Of a DNA stretch of 39,997 nt, positions 35,394 to 39,997 are shown one piece after another. The notes below the pieces were generated by a model, which saw only the letters and a list, made by a program, of their open reading frames with translations, was not told the origin of the DNA and searched no databases. The translations under genes and the position numbers were made by a program. The first letter of the stretch is position 1, and each line of letters begins with the position of its first letter. The stretch comes from Candidatus Terrybacteria bacterium RIFCSPHIGHO2_01_FULL_48_17 (lineage in GTDB: Bacteria > Patescibacteriota > Minisyncoccia > Terrybacterales > 2-01-FULL-58-14). Location of the stretch: positions 37,297 through 77,293 of the forward strand of contig MHSS01000001.1 in the NCBI GenBank assembly GCA_001822835.1, written 5' to 3'.

Positions 35394-37106
35394 TTACGCA
35401 ACCGGTATGGTAACAACAAACGAAGACCCCTTCCCAAGATTAGACGAAACAGTAATTGTGCCACCGTGCGCCTCAACAATGCTTTTTGACAAAAAGAGCC
35501 CAAGTCCATGGCCTTCGGTTTCCTTTAATATGGCGTTCTTTGCGCGAAAGAATTTTGTAAAAAGGCGGGACATGTCGTCCGCCGCGATGCCTATCCCGGT
35601 ATCTTGAACCACTACTTCTACCATACCGTCACGAGACGTAACCAGCAGCGATACGCTTCCCCCGGAATCGGTATACGCAATTGCATTCTCGATAAGATTT
35701 TCAAATACCATCCGGATGCGCTCTGGATCTATCCTTGCCTCTGGAAGCGGCTGTGGCGGCCATTGAACAGACAACGTAATACCTTTCCTTTTTGCCGAAC
35801 CCGTAAAAGATACCACCACATCATGAATCACCGAGGCGAGCGGCTGAGCCACAAAATGGTACTCGTAGCTTCCTTCTTCGATGCGTACTACGTCAAGTAC
35901 TTCATTCACTATACGTATCATGCGTTCTGTTTGCTGAAGCTCTTTTTCCAGCGCCCCTCGTTGAACATCCGAAATTGATCCGTATTCCCCTTCCAACATA
36001 AAATTTAAATTCCACTTCATTGCAGATAATGGCGTGCGAAGCTGATGGGCAACCAATGAAATGAATTCGGACTTCATTTTATTGATAATGGTATCCCGGG
36101 AAATATCGGTAAAGATGATTACAGAAAGTACGCGCGTTTTTCTGTAAGGATCCTTGATTTCAAGGCCGCGGGCACGAAAAGTGCGCGGGGCGCGTGATCC
36201 AATCGCCACCTCTTGCGCGTCTCCCCTCCAGGCACGCTCAAACCACTGCGAAAGAAGATGAAATACGGTTTTCGCTTCCTCGCGTGGGGCGATATCAGAA
36301 AACAACTTGCCGCTTACTGCAATAAATGGATACCCTAACAAATTTGCCGCAACCGAATTGACATATACAAACCGCCTTATTTCATCAAAGACCACAACGC
36401 CCTCGGGCAAATTTTCAAATACCGCATCAAGACGGTCGCGTTCAATAAGCAATGCCGCGCTCTTTTCGCGAAGTTTATCTGAAAAAATTCGGCTGTAATA
36501 ACCGATAAAAAATAAAAGCCCTAATGTGGAAAGAATGTTTACCGCAAAAAAAGATGGGTTCCGATTTGCTTCCACCGAAACGCCGGTAATGTTAAAGGAT
36601 GGAATGGTACCAAAATATTCCAAAAAGGAAGTAGCAGAAAAAAATAAAAGAACGGCGGCAAGCACAGTATAGCTTTGCCATCTGAACGGATATACCAAAT
36701 AGGCATAAATAATATATAACGGCAATGCAAGAATCGCCCCGAACGTGAAACCTCCAATAACATACAGCAACGAACCAAGAATCAATAGGTCTGCTATCGT
36801 AATAAGGGTTGAAGCAATACTTAGCGTAAAGAGCGTCTTAAAAACCTTCCACCGCAAAAAAAGAAGATAATAGATTGCGGAAAGCGCAAACAAAATCCCT
36901 AATATGGGGAAAATAGCCCAGTGGATGGGAAGATCAAAGAGCCATTTGATCAACGCAAAACCGGGTATGAAAAATGCGCTGATATACGAACGCACTCGAA
37001 GGTTTGTTTGTACATTCTTTAAAAGCTCATCGTATTGTTCTTTTACGTTGCGGTCTTGCATGGTAGCTATTATTTTTCGAATTTTGTCTCTTCCATTGCG
37101 CCCCAT
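35394..37106 (-). CDS. Membrane sensor histidine kinase with PAS domain
   Basis: Multiple TMs, PAS (FENLPEGVVVFD..YVN), H box AHQLRTPL, NLIENAI, DTGIGI, GHGLGL; start 37106 or 37061. Confidence 0.92.
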   Translation of the reverse strand: MGRNGRDKIRKIIATMQDRNVKEQYDELLKNVQTNLRVRSYISAFFIPGFALIKWLFDLPIHWAIFPILGILFALSAIYYLLFLRWKVFKTLFTLSIASTLITIADLLILGSLLYVIGGFTFGAILALPLYIIYAYLVYPFRWQSYTVLAAVLLFFSATSFLEYFGTIPSFNITGVSVEANRNPSFFAVNILSTLGLLFFIGYYSRIFSDKLREKSAALLIERDRLDAVFENLPEGVVVFDEIRRFVYVNSVAANLLGYPFIAVSGKLFSDIAPREEAKTVFHLLSQWFERAWRGDAQEVAIGSRAPRTFRARGLEIKDPYRKTRVLSVIIFTDISRDTIINKMKSEFISLVAHQLRTPLSAMKWNLNFMLEGEYGSISDVQRGALEKELQQTERMIRIVNEVLDVVRIEEGSYEYHFVAQPLASVIHDVVVSFTGSAKRKGITLSVQWPPQPLPEARIDPERIRMVFENLIENAIAYTDSGGSVSLLVTSRDGMVEVVVQDTGIGIAADDMSRLFTKFFRAKNAILKETEGHGLGLFLSKSIVEAHGGTITVSSNLGKGSSFVVTIPVA

Positions 37107-37113
37107 CTGATGA

Positions 37114-37725
37114 TTAACGGATAAGCACTACTCTGGTGGGCGCGCCGTCGCGGCCAACAAGTTTCAACGGCAACCCAACAAATATATACGTTCCGGACGA
37201 AACCTTTGAAAGATCTAATCCCTCAAAAATGGGAATACCCTGTTTTAAAAGCTCGGTATGCGGCCGATTGTCGCTACTGCCGTATTGCTTTACGGAAAGA
37301 TAATCGATGCCAAAAAGCGCTATTTTTTTCTTCGCCATATACGCTGCAGCGTCGCCGTCAAGATAAACGTAATTGCGATAAAAGCGGCTAAAGCCCCGTT
37401 TTGAATTGGTGGTTTTTACTAAAATGCGCTCTCCTGTTTTAATGCGATGCCGCAACAGATCTTTTGTAAAAATAGCTTTGCGGTTACGAGTTAAATCAAG
37501 CACGCGGCATGGGCCGATCAAAACCTTAGGCCTAATTGCGTCTACGCCCCATCCGTTCTTGAATACGTGCCGCGCAACATCAACGTGGGTACCCGTATGT
37601 GTTCCCAGCGTTGTTTTGGTAAGCCAGGAGTGCGGGGTTTTTACCCAACGCAATGAAACTCTGGGATTGAGAGGATAAATGAGCGTTTTTGGGGATATTG
37701 GAAGAGAAATATCGTAAAGCTGCAT
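37114..37725 (-). CDS. Cyclase family (kynurenine formamidase-like) metal hydrolase
   Basis: HTGTHVD, GIDYLSV, IFEGL, DGAPTR. Confidence 0.9.
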   Translation of the reverse strand: MQLYDISLPISPKTLIYPLNPRVSLRWVKTPHSWLTKTTLGTHTGTHVDVARHVFKNGWGVDAIRPKVLIGPCRVLDLTRNRKAIFTKDLLRHRIKTGERILVKTTNSKRGFSRFYRNYVYLDGDAAAYMAKKKIALFGIDYLSVKQYGSSDNRPHTELLKQGIPIFEGLDLSKVSSGTYIFVGLPLKLVGRDGAPTRVVLIR

Positions 37726-37793
37726 ATACTAGATTTTTTAAGGAAAATATCTTATGGTAAGAAAAAGTTCATTTCCAAGAAAGAGGAAGAAAC

Positions 37794-38525
37794 GTGCAGG
37801 AATTATTGGCGGATTTTCATGTACATACTGCCCAAAGCGATGGCCAAGTACCACTGCTTGAGGTTATCGATATTTTCGGGAAGGGCGGTGTAAAGGTCAT
37901 TAATATTTCAGACCATCTTTACGATACCATCACGGAACACGGAAAACGAGTGCATGAGATGAAACAGTGCATTCAAGATTGGGAGTTGTACTGTGCGCAA
38001 GTAGAGAAAGCGCGCCGATATGCGGAACAACGATACGGTATGTTGGTAATCCGCGGGGCTGAAATTACGCGCGCCGATTCGGGAGACGGCACTGCCGGTT
38101 TTCATATTGTCGCGGTGGATCTAAAAGAGCCGGTAAATCCCAATCTTTCTCCGCAAGAAATTGTAAAAGCAATACAGGCGCAAGGCGGACTTGCAATTTC
38201 CGCGCATCCTTACGACAAACCCGATGCGGGACCGCGAGGCAACGTCTTTTATCTTTGGGAGAATCTTGAGGCGTTTCGAGACATGGTGGATCTTTGGGAA
38301 ATCGGAAACGGGCGCGTATTATACGAAAAAGTAGCACAGGAAGGGCTCCGGTTTGTTGCCGACTCAGATTTTCATATACATATCGACTCCCACGATGCAC
38401 AATGCCTAAGCCAATTTTTTTCTTGGAAAACGAAAGTGGCGGCAAAACGAAACAAAGACGCCGTGAAAGAGGCACTTTTGAAACAGAAGGTTTCCTTGGT
38501 CCTTGTTAACAAAACGCCGGGATAA
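37794..38525 (+). CDS. PHP-domain phosphoesterase-like protein
   Basis: DFHVHT..SDG, ISDH, GAE, AHP, SDFH. Confidence 0.88.
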   Translation: MQELLADFHVHTAQSDGQVPLLEVIDIFGKGGVKVINISDHLYDTITEHGKRVHEMKQCIQDWELYCAQVEKARRYAEQRYGMLVIRGAEITRADSGDGTAGFHIVAVDLKEPVNPNLSPQEIVKAIQAQGGLAISAHPYDKPDAGPRGNVFYLWENLEAFRDMVDLWEIGNGRVLYEKVAQEGLRFVADSDFHIHIDSHDAQCLSQFFSWKTKVAAKRNKDAVKEALLKQKVSLVLVNKTPG

Positions 38526-38534
38526 TCGCCGGCG

Positions 38535-39386
38535 TTATTTATTGAGAGCTACTTGTTGTTTTAAAAATTCCAGTGCGCCGTAAAGACCGCCAAAATCCCC
38601 CAAACTTGCCTCAACAACTTCTGGAGGATTGGGGAAAATGGTAAGAATGGTTTTTAAATGCCTCCGCACGTCTTCAACATCGATACCCGGTTTTTTCAAA
38701 ACCATAGGACCCCCTAAAATAATAATATCGGGAGACCACAATACCGTGACGTTATTGAGCCCAAACGCAAGCCATTGCGCAAGCTCATCCCATACGGCCG
38801 TATCGGTAATATCATAAGGTTTTTTCTTAAACCGTTTTTCCGTGGCAGTACCAGAGGCAAGGTTTTCAAGAATTCCGCCTCCCGCGCACGTCGGACACAG
38901 CTTGCCGCTTGCGTCCACAATTTGATGCCCTGGTTCAAACCCGAGGGCATTGTTATCAATTCTCTCTTCAACAATGCGTGCGCCTCCAATGCCCGTGCTT
39001 ACGGTGAGATACGCGACAATGCGCTTTCCTTTCCCAGCGCCATGTACGGCCTCGCCAAGTCCGGCAAGTGCGGCATCATTCTCAAAAAACATTGGAGCCG
39101 AAAACGCTTTTTCAATCGCCTTTTTTATGGGAGCATTTGCCCACAACGGCATATTAGGGGGTGTTAATAGATGCGTGCGTTCACGATTCATGGGTCCTGC
39201 AATGCCGCCTGCCACTGCATCAATTTTTTGGCCATCGGAAAGCTCTTTGGCTGTTTTTTCAAGTAACAGAAGGCCGTCGCGAAACGCAGGCGGCGTTGGA
39301 CGCACCACCGGATTGTCTAATGCCGTGCCGTCATGAGAAACGGCAATGCGCATGTTTGTTCCCCCGATATCAAAAAGAAGGTACAT
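38535..39386 (-). CDS. ROK-family sugar kinase
   Basis: FDIGGT, ENDAALAGLGE, VSTGIGG, EPGH, CPTC. Confidence 0.92.
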   Translation of the reverse strand: MYLLFDIGGTNMRIAVSHDGTALDNPVVRPTPPAFRDGLLLLEKTAKELSDGQKIDAVAGGIAGPMNRERTHLLTPPNMPLWANAPIKKAIEKAFSAPMFFENDAALAGLGEAVHGAGKGKRIVAYLTVSTGIGGARIVEERIDNNALGFEPGHQIVDASGKLCPTCAGGGILENLASGTATEKRFKKKPYDITDTAVWDELAQWLAFGLNNVTVLWSPDIIILGGPMVLKKPGIDVEDVRRHLKTILTIFPNPPEVVEASLGDFGGLYGALEFLKQQVALNK

Positions 39387-39419
39387 AATATACGTTCCAA
39401 GGCGACAGTAAATTTCAGA

Positions 39420-39997
39420 TTACAAAAAAAGGCGTGCGACACTAAAATAAACGAACACGCTTAAAATATCCTGAATGATAGTAGCGATCGGCCCGCTTGC
39501 GTTTGCAGGATCAAGCCGAAACTTGCTAAACATAAACGGCACAATTACCCCGGTAAAAAGAGAGGTTAAGATCGCCGCAAACAACGCAACCACCAATACA
39601 AAACTCATGCGGAAACTAGAGTAAAGCGCAAGGCTTACGACGAAAAGCAAAATACTAGTAATTGCCCCCAAAAGAACAACGACGGTAAATTGCCGCCCTA
39701 AATACTTTATGAATTGAAATTTTTGACTCGTAGCTAAATCGCGAATAACAAATGCTACCATCTGCGCGCTCACCGCGTCGGCCATATATACAACAAGTGG
39801 AATAAAGGCAGCAATCAAAAGATTTTGCGAAAGCACGTCTTCAAATCCATTAACGATCCCTGCCACAAACATTCCGCCCAAAAGCCCCAAAAGGAGCCAC
39901 GGCAACCGATGCTTGAGCGATGTCAGTATAGGAATTTGCATGATATCGTCAAACGACCCTTTATGCAGAACTCCTCCGAACCGTAAGATATCTTCAA
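39420..39997 (-). CDS. MgtE-family magnesium transporter, 3' portion
   Basis: RLPWLL, FIPLVVYM, DPANASGP..IQD; frame remains open to the window edge. Confidence 0.85.
   Translation of the reverse strand, partial: EDILRFGGVLHKGSFDDIMQIPILTSLKHRLPWLLLGLLGGMFVAGIVNGFEDVLSQNLLIAAFIPLVVYMADAVSAQMVAFVIRDLATSQKFQFIKYLGRQFTVVVLLGAITSILLFVVSLALYSSFRMSFVLVVALFAAILTSLFTGVIVPFMFSKFRLDPANASGPIATIIQDILSVFVYFSVARLFL

Overview
Gene-dense bacterial chromosome segment (TAA/TAG/TGA all used as stops). It is most likely from a Patescibacteria/CPR (Parcubacteria-like) organism, inferred from the N-terminally short IF2, archaeal-type UMP kinase and DUF5652/DUF5679/Gmad2-like proteins. It carries housekeeping genes (gyrA 5' end, rpsA, pyrH, ftsH, rplS, an RluA-family synthase, rbfA, infB, mutY-like, msrA/msrB, trxA), a CsoR-type-regulated heavy-metal ATPase operon, several orphan or accessory genes, and eight intact tRNAs. 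No integrase, transposase, CRISPR array or rRNA was recognised. The most striking structure is non-coding: an intact tRNA-Ile(UAU) (10850-10923) sits inside a 242-nt, inverted-repeat-bounded insertion in the anticodon arm of a second, sequence-distinct tRNA-Ile(UAU) (10759-11095), whose D-loop also carries a 20-nt palindrome. A decayed version of the same architecture appears around tRNA-Val(UAC) (9142-9385). Other signals are REP-like hairpins near tRNAs and inserted in-frame into a Nudix gene, a recurring sigma70 promoter + boxA-like + SD leader in front of monocistronic genes, a PyrF lacking a catalytic Asp, and two small Cys-rich ORFs missed by the ORF track. All family assignments are by eye from motifs; no database searches were run.
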